Shown: positions 33,568 through 45,420, numbered from the stretch's first letter. The stretch is DNA of 64,000 bases from Paramoeba atlantica (GCA_977017575.1 CDRNVI010000059.1:186001-250000); one strand, 5' to 3'. A program made the numbers and translations. Notes: generated by a model not told the origin, from the sequence alone.

Positions 33568-34386
33568 ATGTTTTACAGCGCTCTTCCCAGCCTGATTTAC
33601 ACGGCGGACACACAACCCTCATCCAATCGTCGGGGCAAAGTATCCACTCTACTGGCACCCCAAGAAGAACTCATGTCAGTACTAATAAGTAACCTCACGC
33701 ATCATCCTTCCTCGTGGGTACGTCAAAAACGTAGTTTCTTCGGTCAACTTCGTGAAGTTTCGCCCTGTACATGGAAAGGTGTCCTTTGTGACTCGCGCGC
33801 AAACGTGTTGGACATTCGTTGGTTTGGAAATCCGAATCAGCAGAACTTTTTGCGGGGAAGCTTAATCTGGAATTATTTACCCCCCACGTTGCAAAGATGC
33901 TACGTAAGAAATCACGGGCAACACCTCAAAGGTACTCTCCCGCTTGATCAACTCCCTCAAGCTTTGACTCACCTTGATGTCGGTCTGAACCGACTAAGTG
34001 GATCGCTTGTGCTGAATGCTCTTCCAGAAAAACTCTTCCTTCTAAATGCTGAAGCCAACCATTTTCATGGTACGCTATGTTTATTGAATCTCCCGCCTTT
34101 GTTAGCAGAACTCACTTTGAATAATAACATGTTTAAAGGTCCTTTAAATCTTAGCAGTATACCGCTCACTCTTACGTCTTTAAATTTGAACGGCAACCTC
34201 CTCAATGGTATTGTTGATCTCTCACCTGTTCTAGGTGAATCGCGCAAGGGCGCCCCTCCGCTGCTTCTCCAGCTTTACGGAAATGAGTTTGAATCCTATT
34301 TGCTGCCTCCTTCTATTGCTCAATTGCCAGACAACGTCCAGTACGACGAGCCTATGGCGCTCGCGGACATGTACATGATGGGATAA
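33568..34386 (+). CDS. LRR family protein
   Basis: TADTQPSSNRRGKV leader, CTWKGVLCD cap, LTLNNNMFKGPLNLSSIP repeats. Confidence 0.85.
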   Translation: MFYSALPSLIYTADTQPSSNRRGKVSTLLAPQEELMSVLISNLTHHPSSWVRQKRSFFGQLREVSPCTWKGVLCDSRANVLDIRWFGNPNQQNFLRGSLIWNYLPPTLQRCYVRNHGQHLKGTLPLDQLPQALTHLDVGLNRLSGSLVLNALPEKLFLLNAEANHFHGTLCLLNLPPLLAELTLNNNMFKGPLNLSSIPLTLTSLNLNGNLLNGIVDLSPVLGESRKGAPPLLLQLYGNEFESYLLPPSIAQLPDNVQYDEPMALADMYMMG

Positions 34387-34589
34387 CGTGAAATAGCGCC
34401 TGCAAGGCCTTTACACTTACGGTAAAGTGCTCTACAGAAGGGCTAGCGTGCAACTGTATAATATGTATAATATCTGCATATTGCGGTAGTTGTATAACTA
34501 CCGCTCTACCCTCGATTATTGCAAAAAAAAAGTGAACAAAAACATTGAAAATATAAAGAGACACACAGTAATAATAGAGTTATAATAGA

Positions 34590-34993
34590 AGAAAAAAATA
34601 TAAAATGGGGCTCCGGTGGTCCAAAATTGAAAAAAAAAATCAAAAAAATGGGGGGTCCATGGGGGGGGGATACGTCGCGAAATTTTTTTCGAATTTTTTG
34701 CTTTTCAAAATCGAGCGCAGGGAAGTGGTAGAGTAGGCTGCGGCGATAATTTTCCACCCCCCCCCTGGGGGTACCCCCCCTGGTACGCGCAGGAGGGGTC
34801 CGATAAGACCAAAATTTCTGAAATTTTTAGGATGACCAAAAACATTTTTTTTTTGACCCAAAAAAAAGTAAAAATATTATTTTTCCAAAATCAACTCCTA
34901 AAACGCATTTTAGGAGTTTGGGACCGGGAACGCGAAGCGCGCAGCATGAGTGACTTCTAAGTTGAAAACAACCACCGCGTTTAACGAAGAGCC
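34590..34993. mobile_element. composite MITE-like repeat related to 2098-3300
   Basis: 34929-34993 is the inverted left two-thirds of the hairpin mini-element. 34745-34810 matches 2400-2470 and 34600-34630 matches ~3270-3300 (both inverted). Confidence 0.65.
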
Positions 34994-35155
34994 TAAAAAA
35001 ATTAATAATCGCTAATAATGATTTAATGCTTAGGTAGCAATAAGTAAGAATTATTATTAAAGACTGAAATTATTAATAATATATATAGCCCTACCCCATA
35101 AATTTAATTTGCACAAACTAATACTAACCTTCCTTTCTTCCTTCCTCCCTCTTTT

Positions 35156-37597
35156 ATGTACAACACTTTTGATCGAAAGTCAAACGACCTTCCCCCAACT
35201 CCCGAAGATCGTGAACTTGAACAAATCGTCGTCCACGCCCTACGCGAAGACTCCCAGTACCTTGCCGATCGACTGAAACAAACACGACAACTCGTCGTGC
35301 CCCACCCCCCTCCCGAACCCCCCAACCCTCCCCCCACCTCTTCTTCCCATTCCCCAACCCCTCCCCCCACCTCCTGTTGCTCCCTCTGCCCCTCCCCCGC
35401 CACCTACCGCTGCCCGCGCTGTTCCACCCCCACCTGTTCCCTCCCCTGCGTCCGCGCGCACAAACGCAAACACAACTGTTCCGGTACCCCCACCCCCGAG
35501 GCCTTCACCCCCCTCCCCGCCTACTCCTCTCTCCACCTTAAACGGGACTACCACTTTCTAGAGACGTTACGCAACGGTCTCGAGTCCCTGCGCCGGGCCA
35601 ACCCCTCGGTGGCCCGTTTCAACCACCGCGTGCTCCCCCCTCCGTTGCATGCGCTCAGCAAGGCCTCCCGCGCCCACGGGGTGGTGCTGCAGATCATGTC
35701 GGAGGGGATGGGGAAGCGCGCGGGGAACACCTCGAGGTATGAGAGGCGGCACGACACGATTACGTGGAGGGTGGGGTTTGTGCTGCATGGAGGGGGAGGG
35801 GGGGTAGGGGTGGGGGAGAGGGTGGAGAGGGTAGTGTTGAGTCCGTTTGAGAGAGGGGAGGGGGGGAAGAGGGGGACACCAACCACCACAACGACAACAA
35901 CAACAGAGGATGAAAAGGAGACAGGACGTCATGGAGGTTCTTCGGTTGCGGTGATTCATACGGACTGGGCCAGTGAGCGGTTTAAATTGGGTGAGATTTT
36001 TAAAACGGCGTGGAGACGTAACCCCGGACTTACGTCGCATCCGATTCGGAGAGGGTATAATCGTGCAGGGCGATGGATACCGTCGGGGATGGGAAAAGCG
36101 GGTGAAGAGGTGTCGAATTCGATGCAGGAGGAGAGGGATGAAGGGGTCCACTCCCACAAGGAGCCTGTTGAAGAGGTCGCTGCTAAGGAGGGGGATAATA
36201 AACGTCAACGCTCTGAAGGAAAAAGTACAGCAGGGGAGATTTCTCAGCAGGGGCTGCATCATGAAGAAAATATTCCCGAGGAAGAACACGGAGGTACCCC
36301 TGATAAAGAACGGTCTGTTCATTCAGATACCTCGAATGAGGAGAGTGAGGACAGTGATACCGAGGGCCTTACGAAACAGTCTTGTTCAACAGAACAAGAA
36401 AAGGACTCCTCCCCGAAGAGGCCTACCAATTCGGAAAAGACGATGGGCGTACCCTCTACCAGTGTAGAGACCAGTACATTTTCGGGAGCCACCAGCGATG
36501 ATGAAACTAACGCACAGCGTAGGCTTCTTCAGCACTTTGAGGCGGTTACTGGAGGTGAATATATATTTCTCTACCGTGCCGAGCGACTCGGAAACACCGT
36601 AGCGTACTACCCACTCAATTCCTCAGACACTTTGCATGACAATCTGCGCTCCGTGTTCTACGTCGTCGAAAGTCCCGTCATCGAAGTCGTGCCTTTGTTT
36701 ATGGCGGATCAGTTTCCTCTCATCACAACGGAACAAAAAACGTTTGTTCGAGAGAGCTTTCGAAAGAACTCCGCGGCGGCGTGGAGTAAAAGGGTGGATG
36801 GAGATTCTAGCACTACAACCGGAAGCAACGCTAAGGGGCCTCATGAGAGCCAGAAGACGACACCCTTTCCTGACCGTAAACGTCCGGCAGAACAGCCCAA
36901 ATCCGACGTTCCTTGCGGTAACTTTCGCAAAGGTACGTGTCGTTATGGGGATCAGTGTCCGCGAACACACTACTCGGAAGAGGAACTCCCGGTTTGTCGT
37001 TTTCTGATGAAGGGACTGAAATGTGCACATGGGGAGCGCTGTCTGTACAGTCATGACCCTCGTCGAGCTCCTGCCTCTCAATACTATCACGTTTCACGGG
37101 GACAGAACCGTAGAGGGGGATATGACCAGAGGGGTTTTTCAAGTCCTGTAGGGAATGGCAGCGGACGAGCGTCTTTTTCTACGTCTTATTCGGCACATGA
37201 ACCGTCACCCAGAGGTCCCTATCAAGGTAATAGAGGGCGTGGAGGGGGCGGAATGCGTCCCTCAGGCCATTTTAACAACATGCGCAATGAGCCTCGCGGA
37301 AATTGGGGTGAGACCACGAATCACGTAAGTAGCACACCATCCACACGAATGTATCCCGCAGACTCGTTCTTTCCTCATCCATCAAATCTACAGTCGTCAA
37401 GTCCAGTGCATCCGTACCCGGCTCCTGTTCCGGTGGATGGGAGTTCCGGTGCCCCTCACTACGGGTTTTCCCAGGCCTCATACGCTAACTCCCAAAACGT
37501 ACCCACAGAACCTCGAATGCAACATCCTGGGTTGTCCTCACATCATCAACGCCATGGAGCACCAGATTCGTTTCCACCACCTCATTTCATGCATTAG
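35156..37597 (+). CDS. BCD1: box C/D snoRNP assembly factor BCD1/ZNHIT6-like, with two C-terminal CCCH fingers
   Basis: zf-HIT CSLC...YRCPRC...CSLPCVRAHK...CSG, followed by LKRDYHFLE; CCCH fingers CGNFRKGTCRYGDQCPRTH and CRFLMKGLKCAHGERCLYSH. Confidence 0.8.
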   Translation: MYNTFDRKSNDLPPTPEDRELEQIVVHALREDSQYLADRLKQTRQLVVPHPPPEPPNPPPTSSSHSPTPPPTSCCSLCPSPATYRCPRCSTPTCSLPCVRAHKRKHNCSGTPTPEAFTPLPAYSSLHLKRDYHFLETLRNGLESLRRANPSVARFNHRVLPPPLHALSKASRAHGVVLQIMSEGMGKRAGNTSRYERRHDTITWRVGFVLHGGGGGVGVGERVERVVLSPFERGEGGKRGTPTTTTTTTTEDEKETGRHGGSSVAVIHTDWASERFKLGEIFKTAWRRNPGLTSHPIRRGYNRAGRWIPSGMGKAGEEVSNSMQEERDEGVHSHKEPVEEVAAKEGDNKRQRSEGKSTAGEISQQGLHHEENIPEEEHGGTPDKERSVHSDTSNEESEDSDTEGLTKQSCSTEQEKDSSPKRPTNSEKTMGVPSTSVETSTFSGATSDDETNAQRRLLQHFEAVTGGEYIFLYRAERLGNTVAYYPLNSSDTLHDNLRSVFYVVESPVIEVVPLFMADQFPLITTEQKTFVRESFRKNSAAAWSKRVDGDSSTTTGSNAKGPHESQKTTPFPDRKRPAEQPKSDVPCGNFRKGTCRYGDQCPRTHYSEEELPVCRFLMKGLKCAHGERCLYSHDPRRAPASQYYHVSRGQNRRGGYDQRGFSSPVGNGSGRASFSTSYSAHEPSPRGPYQGNRGRGGGGMRPSGHFNNMRNEPRGNWGETTNHVSSTPSTRMYPADSFFPHPSNLQSSSPVHPYPAPVPVDGSSGAPHYGFSQASYANSQNVPTEPRMQHPGLSSHHQRHGAPDSFPPPHFMH

Positions 37598-38013
37598 GAT
37601 GAGCCTAAGCCCCCCGAAATCCTTAATTTCATGTTCACTTCAAACCCCCAGATTTAAAAGCTCCATGAAATACATGTATACGATCTTGTACCAAATAGCA
37701 TCTCCATGTGCCTATTCGTTGGATCACTGATTATTTAACAACCAAAAACGCAATGCACCATGATAATATTTACCTCATAAATTTACCTCATAATTTATTG
37801 AATTATTAAATTACGATAAAATATTATAATTTATTATACATCTCATAAATACTCATGAGGAACATAGAGACTTTACAAATGGCCATGCAACAATATAGCG
37901 CATGATACATGTATGTATGCGAAGATCGTACACGTATGTACGTGCCGCAGAGTGTAATGAATTTGATTTCTGCGAAATTCTATTTTAGGACTCGAACTAC
38001 TTCATACTATAGT

Positions 38014-39303
38014 ATGACTTCGCACTCCCGCTTCTTCGATGAACTCCATCGGCAGTGTGAGAAGGGATGTTTTTACGAAGCCGTTCAACGGAGTAAAGCA
38101 CAGATGAATCGTCTGCTACGTGCGAAACGGATAGATGAATATATATCTCTTTGTGCTTTAGTCGTAGAGACTCTTTTACGGTATGAACGAGTGGAGGAGG
38201 TTGAATCTCTTTCGATGGAAATTCTACTTGTCTATCGCCGTGAAAATATTGTGCCGGACAAAACCAGTGTGGAGAATTTACGATGCATAGCGGGCCGGCT
38301 TGTCGCTGCGTGTAAGATCGATTTGGAAAGTACTGAGAGCACGGAGACATTGGCTATGGATAAATATGAGATTTTCTCAATGGTGCGTCGGGTCCTTGTG
38401 AAGTACTATGACTGGTATTCTACGGCCCCAGTCCCCTGCATGAGAGCAGAGAAATATGAAAAAGTGGAGTATGAAGAACTTTTGATAGAGCGTGAGCCTT
38501 GGGATTTCATTCCACACGCATTGGCAATCATGGATTTACGTCATGGCATTTGCAACATGCAAACTCGCAAGTGGAGTTTTACCACGGTGAATACTGCGCT
38601 GCAGTTAGAGACAATTTTGACGCTGTTCTTAAAAAAGTGTTGTAGAAAAGAAGTTTCGAAAACCTTCATGCGCGACGTAGTGGATTGCTTTAAAAAGGCG
38701 GGAGTTTGCTTAACTGTTTCAGACATGACCCCTTTGCAAGACTTGCACCACTGTTTTACCCATGATACTCCTCTAGTACAAAATATGAAGATGATTGACG
38801 ATGAGATAAAGCGCGGAGGTCTCCTTTCATTTTTTTCACAATACAAAACAGAATTCATTTTTATGATTTCCCGCGTCGTGCTGGAAGCTCTAGCAACAGT
38901 GGACTTTGTTATTGTTCAATGTATAATGCGTGGTGTATATCTTCCGTTAGCCAACTTTATTGGAATGTGCCAAGAAGTAAAAAAGATGAACAATTCAGAC
39001 ATGAACGAAACTTCGAATACACCTCTAGACGTGTCAAAGTCTAGACAAGATTTTTTGAAGAGAAGAAATCAGCTTTCTTTTACTGTTGTGCATTTTGTTT
39101 GCTCTGTTTTTGAACTAAGTCAATGTATTGCTCTAGCTAAAAGGAAAGAAGTCAAACCTGCATTTTCCGAGTTATCAAAGTATCACGAACATTTTATGGG
39201 GATCTGCTCCATATATTCTCCTATACTTACCTATGACGTCTCAATTTCGTTAATATTGAAGAACGTCGAAAAAAAATATTTTCGTTCCCAACACGATTGG
39301 TAA
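38014..39303 (+). CDS. GET4: GET4 (Golgi-to-ER traffic protein 4)-like
   Basis: N-terminus ELHRQCEKGCFYEAVQRSKAQMNRLLRAKRIDE matches the GET4 G.YYEAHQ..R....R pattern. Alternative start 37909. Confidence 0.6.
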   Translation: MTSHSRFFDELHRQCEKGCFYEAVQRSKAQMNRLLRAKRIDEYISLCALVVETLLRYERVEEVESLSMEILLVYRRENIVPDKTSVENLRCIAGRLVAACKIDLESTESTETLAMDKYEIFSMVRRVLVKYYDWYSTAPVPCMRAEKYEKVEYEELLIEREPWDFIPHALAIMDLRHGICNMQTRKWSFTTVNTALQLETILTLFLKKCCRKEVSKTFMRDVVDCFKKAGVCLTVSDMTPLQDLHHCFTHDTPLVQNMKMIDDEIKRGGLLSFFSQYKTEFIFMISRVVLEALATVDFVIVQCIMRGVYLPLANFIGMCQEVKKMNNSDMNETSNTPLDVSKSRQDFLKRRNQLSFTVVHFVCSVFELSQCIALAKRKEVKPAFSELSKYHEHFMGICSIYSPILTYDVSISLILKNVEKKYFRSQHDW

Positions 39304-39356
39304 TGAGACGACCCTAAGGTTCATTCCAGGGTCCGAATAATTTTATAAAGTTTATA

Positions 39357-40993
39357 CAGTCCAGTACACAATGTTTGCTCTCTCAGACCACAGAGTACAC
39401 CGTAAGAGCTTTTGGCCTCATTCCTTAGATACACCCCTGGGCAACTTCATTTACCCCCCCCCTACAGGTCTTGTATTTTGTTCGATTTCGGAAATATTTG
39501 GTATGGGACTGTTTTTCGCTCCGATCGTCTCGAATCCGCGGTCGTTTTCACTCGAGCGACCTTGATTTGCTCCGAGACCTTAAAAAGTTTGTCCAAAAAG
39601 TCAATTTTTCTTTGCCCACCCTAGAAAAATCTACTTTTTTTCTGTTTTTTCCTCAATGGTCAAACGATATCGGGCTTCTTCCCTCCCGAATCAGCGTATT
39701 TCACCAGAAAGGCGAACTCTCATCATAGCACGCTACAAGGAACTAGAATCCCTACGTGCTGTAGCTAATGAGCTCAAAATCTCCAGGAATGGAGTAAGAT
39801 ATTGGGTGCGGCACTTTGAAAAGCTCCAATACGTTTCCACCCCACCTCGCCAAAAACGGCGTACGGTAGTTACCAATCGCTACCGTCGTGCGTGTGTCAA
39901 GGTTTGCCGCAAATTAAAAAAGCAAAACCCCGAAGGAACATCTATTAGCCACGTTGCACGCGTGGTTACAGGTTCCCACGGGGGTTCAAGCAGAAGCGTT
40001 ACCCGAGCTTTGGATTTACAAGGCTACGGGAAAATTCGCAAGGAGCGTGATGTAGGGCTTACACCAGCACACGCGAAGAAGCGGCTTATCTTTGCGCGCA
40101 AACTTCTTAAATGGAGTGATGCGAAGTTAAGGCGTATCGTCTTTTTATTATGCTTTTTAATTGTTCCCTCGGTTCCCGTCAAAACTATTATGTTGATAAG
40201 AAGGGGAAGAAAAAATTAAGGCAGTCCCCCAGACAGAAGAAGTTTTTTGGGGGGAAAGGTATCATGGTATGGATGTGTTACGGCCCTAATCATGACCTTC
40301 TGCACCACATTTTTAGTTGAGAACGGGGCGCTAAAATCGATTCTGCAGATGCGTGGAAAGCCTTGGTGGAAAGCGGTTTCATTGCTTCTTTACGAAGGAA
40401 CCGCAGGGCAATTCCTCAGTTGGATAATGCCCCCACTCATTCTCTTGCATTTAAAAAGCTGAAAAAGAGAGCATTAGATTGCCCCCCCCTATCCCCTGAT
40501 TTAAATCCTGTAGAAAACATGTGGTCTTGGATGGAGTACCACATCAAAACAGTAATAAAACCTAACAATAGACACGAATTACAAGGCGCTATCATCAAAA
40601 CATTCGATGTTTTATCAGGAGTACATGTCGATAAATTAAGAAATCCATTTAAAGACTTCCACAAACGACTTAAATTGGTGGTAGAAAAGAAAGGTTATCA
40701 CATTGGTTATTGAATACGTATTCAGCGTCTTTTTTGCGTTCTCTAAGCATGATTTACATTTTTAAAAACATAAAAAATATTTAAAAGCAAGAAAAGAATT
40801 CAAAAAAAAAGTGTACACCCTCAAAAATTGTCTAGTCATTTTAGTAAAAAAAAATATTATTCCAATCATGAAAAGGACCGCGAATTCGAGACGATCGGAG
40901 CGAAAAACAGTCCCATACCAAATATTTCCGAAATCGAACAAAATGCAAGACCTGTAGGGGGGGGAGGGGGTAAATGAAGCTACCCAGGGGTGT
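39357..40993 (+). mobile_element. Tc1-like transposon, frameshifted, right TIR truncated
   Basis: TA|CAGTCCAG left end; >120-bp inverted match between ~39425-39545 and ~40870-40993. ORF pieces 39656-40713 carry LDNAPTH and SPDLNPVEN. TIR segment caccgtaagagctttt is shared with 22094-23727. Confidence 0.9.
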
Positions 40994-41982
40994 AGATCCT
41001 TAGAATTACTTAGATAGATCTCGAAAAGGGAACCCGGTTCTCGTATTTTTTTCATCCGCAGAGACCCCTAGATCCCCTTTGTGCATCCTCAAGGTTTTTT
41101 CCTAAAAAAATAGATTTTTTAGACTAAAAACATGAAATTCATCGGAAATACTTCTGTGAAGGGATAAATCAGTACCCTGTATGGTCCTACACCTAAACAC
41201 TCATGAATGTCTTTTAGAACCTTTTGCGTCGCCCCATTAACTCTGATGAGAAATTTTTGCGAACGTACAAAATCTAGTCAAAAACTTTTCTTTTCCGCTT
41301 TCGCGCAGGGACTCAAAATGATAAGAAATACCACTGAAGTACCGAAACGTCATCGGTTTCGTAATCGCAGCAAGAGCGTCTCGACGAAGAAATAGATGAG
41401 ACAATCCTTTTTCCTACAACTCCTTGTTGCATCTAGGAGGGTATTGATATAGGAGGTATTGATAAAGTGCTCCGAACCCAAGACTCACCAGTGTATTCCA
41501 CTCTTTCTTTCTATAAATACCGTTCACTGTGTACATTTCTGTCTTTTATTCCTTGTTCACAATGCATTTTGATTTGCCAGTATCTAAACTAGCACAGAGA
41601 GTTTATTTCTCTTCTATAGTCAAGGCAGCGCGAAATTTGCTCTGACCCAGAGTTTCATTTTTTGAGTTTAAAACTAGCGCGTTCGGCGGAACTGTAGATA
41701 CAGTATTTCTCCATGGAAACGTATAACAGCGATTGTTTCACTGGGAAGTGGAGACATCATGACTCGACTAGATTCAAAAATTAACCGGGGCGGACTCCTA
41801 AAAAAGAGTAAGAGTAAAAGGTTTCAAAATTTCATTTCAAAATAGGTTGTGATGTCTATACCCTATTACCCCCTTATCATCAAGCGTTGAGGATAAGGAA
41901 GGGGGTAGGATTAGTAGGGGGGAAGCAGTATTCCTAGAAAAATAATCTTTACTACGATTCTGACTCTACTGTATGTACTTTC

Positions 41983-42180
41983 ATGTCCTTTATTTTTTGC
42001 AGTACAGCTGAATCATCTTACCCGCTTCGAGAGAGCAAAGTAAGTGGCGCCAACTTACCCCAAGAATACACTCTATCTCAATTCATGAGCAAAATTGCTT
42101 TTGAAGAAGCCTCCTGGAGCACTCATACTCCAGCATGTGAATGCAAATACGTCACATGTAATGAAGAAGGGGGTGTGATA
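41983..42180 (+). pseudogene. LRR family 5' fragment truncated by insertion
   Basis: STAESSYPLRESKVSGANLPQEY...ACECKYVTCNEE, closely similar to 29904, cut at the MITE edge. Confidence 0.85.
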
Positions 42181-44176
42181 AACCAGGGGTGCGGATAAAT
42201 ATTTAAATTCCGATTTAAATATTAACCCGCAATTTAAATATTAACGTGTAAGAGAAAACGATTTAAATATTAATGTGCAAGCAGGTTAATATTTAAATTC
42301 CAGAATGTTTTTCAAGGTATGATCTTTTTTTACGAATGAGGGGATGCGAGCATGATCTCGCGTGATCTCACATGATCTCTAGTGATATCGTTTTGGGCCT
42401 CACCCGCAGACGCTCGAGTGTAGAAATATAAACAGGGGGGCGGATTATTATTACAGTGTAAAGGCTAAAAGGGTTAAGATAGTTCAGCGGACAAGTTGGA
42501 TGAAAATCCACCTTTGAGTGATAGCCTCCCCAAAAGCTACCTCAGTTTACTACGAGGAGGCAACACCCCCATTGGGATAGAAAGCCTTACAACTTTCAAC
42601 TTTCCCTGGTGACGTCCAAGGATGACCGTTCAGTTGAATGCCTCTTAACACTTTCATGAAACTGATCTGCGAAAAAGGCTTCCATAGGAAAAAAAGCGAT
42701 TTAAATATTAATCTGCATCAAAATATTATGTGCAAACAGGTTAATAAACCCCTGGCCAAAATAAGGCACCCCCCTCTAAAAATTCGATGCTTTGTTTGTT
42801 TCAGCTAATTTCAATGGCATTTTGCAGATCTCAGTTCGGGATTTATGTCCTCCCACACTTGGTCACTAGTCCTATAGCTATTTATAAAGTGGAAACTATT
42901 TACCACTTTTTTACCTTTTCGCCACCTAGTTCGACGCAGGCCTTCAGTCTACGATCGAAACTTAAGATGGTGTCACTTATCATCTCAGTCGGTAAAGAAC
43001 TCCATGTGTTTAGAATACACCTTTGCAGTTCGGAAACTGTAGATGGTAGCTTTTCATTTACGTCTTGTTGTACCATTGACCATATGTTTTCAATGGGAGA
43101 AAGATCGGGAGAATTTGGCGGCCAATTTTTTAGTAGATTAATTTTTCGTTTGTTCAGGTAATTTATGGTGGCCTTGGCCGTATGAGCGGTGGCACCATCT
43201 TGTTGAAATATTCTTTTGCGGGGGAAATAAACATGTTTTAGTGTGTCTATGCATGTTTCGTGGGTAATAGAGGTCCTGCTGGATAAAAATTTTAAGCATC
43301 CCCAGTTAATTCCTATAGCACCCCACACCTGACACTTAGGCGCCCAGCGCACCTTTAGTCTCTTTGCAGGGGTCTCTCCTTTTTTTACCCACATTTTCAT
43401 TCGATTATCGTTTGTATCACCTTCTCATCTGAGAATATAAATTTCGATGTGTCCTCTTTGTAATTTAAAGAAAACTGTACGCGTTTTTCTTTTTGTACAG
43501 CGGTGAGCCCTTGTGAAATTGGGCGTGGCCTATATTGATGCCCTGCTTGCCTCAAATCTCGACGAACAGTTCGAGGGCTTGCAGTAACACCCTTTCTGCA
43601 CAAAACAACAGAAATACGCTTTGAACTGTTGTACTTTGGCACCCCTGCCGCATCTTTCTTAGAAATAATGGTTTCAATCCTTTTTTACGAGACCTTATTT
43701 TTTTTTCTGTGGGGATTTCTTTAGGCTTTTTTCCGTCTCAATTTTGGGGTGATCACGGAGGTATTTTCGAATGTATTTCACGCTTACATTCAATTCACGT
43801 GCTATTCGTTTCTTTGGGATGCCATCTTGAAACCTTAAAAGCATGACTTCCTTCCCCGGGGGGCTGAGGCCACCTTTCGGAGGCCTGCGGAATGATTTTT
43901 TCATAAATCGACCCTAATGTTAAAGTGGTAAAATATTTTTTTATTTTTTTTGTTTTTCATGAGCTAAAAACAGCGGGAACGTACAGATCTCAAAATTTTG
44001 AACGAAAACATGGTATGATAACCCTACCATACCCCCTCATGCAAAAAATAAGGGGGGGTGCCTTATTGGTGGCCAGGGGTTTATTTAAATAAAATTTAAA
44101 TATTAACTTGCAATTTAAATATTAAGGCGAATTTAAATATTAATCCGCATTTAAATATTATTCCGCACCCCGGGTT
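42181..44176. mobile_element. foldback-like MITE with ATTTAAATATTAA subterminal arrays, hosting a nested Tc1
   Basis: Terminal inverted aacc(a/c)ggggtgcgga; multiple atttaaatatta(a/t) copies at 42200-42300, ~42700 and 44093-44160. Confidence 0.75.
42747..44081 (-). mobile_element. Tc1-like transposon (DD35E), 1335 bp, disrupted
   Basis: TIR aacccctggcc...ataaggcaccccc with TA at 42745-46 and 44082-83. Motifs FSDEK, QQDGATAH, NSPDLSPIEN (35 residues between D and E). Confidence 0.92.
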
Positions 44177-44179
44177 ATA

Positions 44180-44760
44180 ATTCTCCCACGCTTGCGGGAT
44201 ACGCTCGCGTGACTACTGGTCGTTTGGGTGGGGTTTCTTCAGAACTTCTTGCTGCGCGGTGCAGGGCCAGCCACACGATCCCGAAAATCCTGTCTATTCT
44301 TGCGTAATGCGGGGCAATATCGCTGGATATGACCGGCGTTACACGCAGTAATAACACACTGGCGCATTCATTCCCTGAGTCGAGGAATATCCAGAATTTT
44401 ATTGCCCTTGAAAAACGCTGCGCAAGCGACTGTTAACGGATCGATACATCTTTTCTCGGTCGCTCAACTGATCCTGTATGTGATGATAGTACTTGTCATT
44501 GGGTCGTTCCTCTTTCTCCAACTTAGGTGCACTGCCTCTACATCCATTCGTCGTGCCTTCCAGTAGGCATCCCGAAGCGATTGCACGATTCCTTTGCCTA
44601 GTTTCAGAAAAGCTCCCGTGTGTACAACATCTTATTTAACACCAGCTCGAAACGGCGTTTTGCGTCGTTCCTCATCCATCCCTTTATTTAATCCTAATCC
44701 GTATTCGGAATTCAGGTTTTCACATGTAATGGTAAATGCATATCGCGGGCTTCGCTAACC
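44180..44760 (-). pseudogene. gag-like fragment with CCHC zinc knuckle
   Basis: 44314-44356 reads CYYC, a 1-nt frameshift, then AGHIQRYCP. Upstream fragments are charged and coding-like. Confidence 0.4.
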
Positions 44761-45099
44761 GTGAAGTTCTTCTGGCGCAGATCATACTGTAGCGCTTCAC
44801 GTGAGGTAATCTGCTCGAGACACTTGTCAACATCCGCCTGGGTTATAGAAGTGGGAGGAGAGCCGAAGCCCGATGAGTACCGAGCGCTTTCGCCGTTGTT
44901 ACGAGGTTCGCGTTGTACCTCAAGAGGGATGTGACGTTTTGATGCTTGGCGATATGAGCCACGGAGCCCTGAAAACGGTGGTCGGAGAGAAGCGTCCATG
45001 TAGTTCAAAGTTAAGGAGATGTCCATCCCGTTTGAAAAGTCAGGTGCAGAAGTCACGATGGACACTCTTCTCTTACGAATGCTTAATAAATATTTGCGC

Positions 45100-45420
45100 G
45101 TGACAGGGAACGCAGCGCTACATCAGCATGTATGGGAATTCGAGTTTTCAAGACTACGAGTGGATGAAACCTTTTATAGGGAAAGGAAATGTCGTAAGGG
45201 AAATCGTGAATTTTTACATTGGGCACAGTAATCGAAAAGTTTACCGGTACGCTCAGCGAATAGGGAAAGCGGGATCCATAGAAAGCGGGCTCTAGAGAAA
45301 GCAAAAGCCTAGGAAGACAACCTAAGCCACGTTTAGCGTATGATCTACGAGGCTGCCTAAGGCTAAAGAAAGCGGCAAAAGATTTAAACATTGCCGTGGT
45401 AGTCGGCTATAATTTTTATC
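45100..45420 (+). pseudogene. possible second Merlin/ISXO2-like transposase relic
   Basis: RVDETFYRERKCRKGNR...W, then a frameshift to TVIEKFTG, resembling VEIDESxFxxRKYxRGR...W...IERxTG. Confidence 0.35.

Noticed and set aside
41207-41395. 62-aa basic ORF with VPKRHR resembling mitoribosomal bL32
   Set aside because: Similarity is limited to a few residues and there is no Cys motif.
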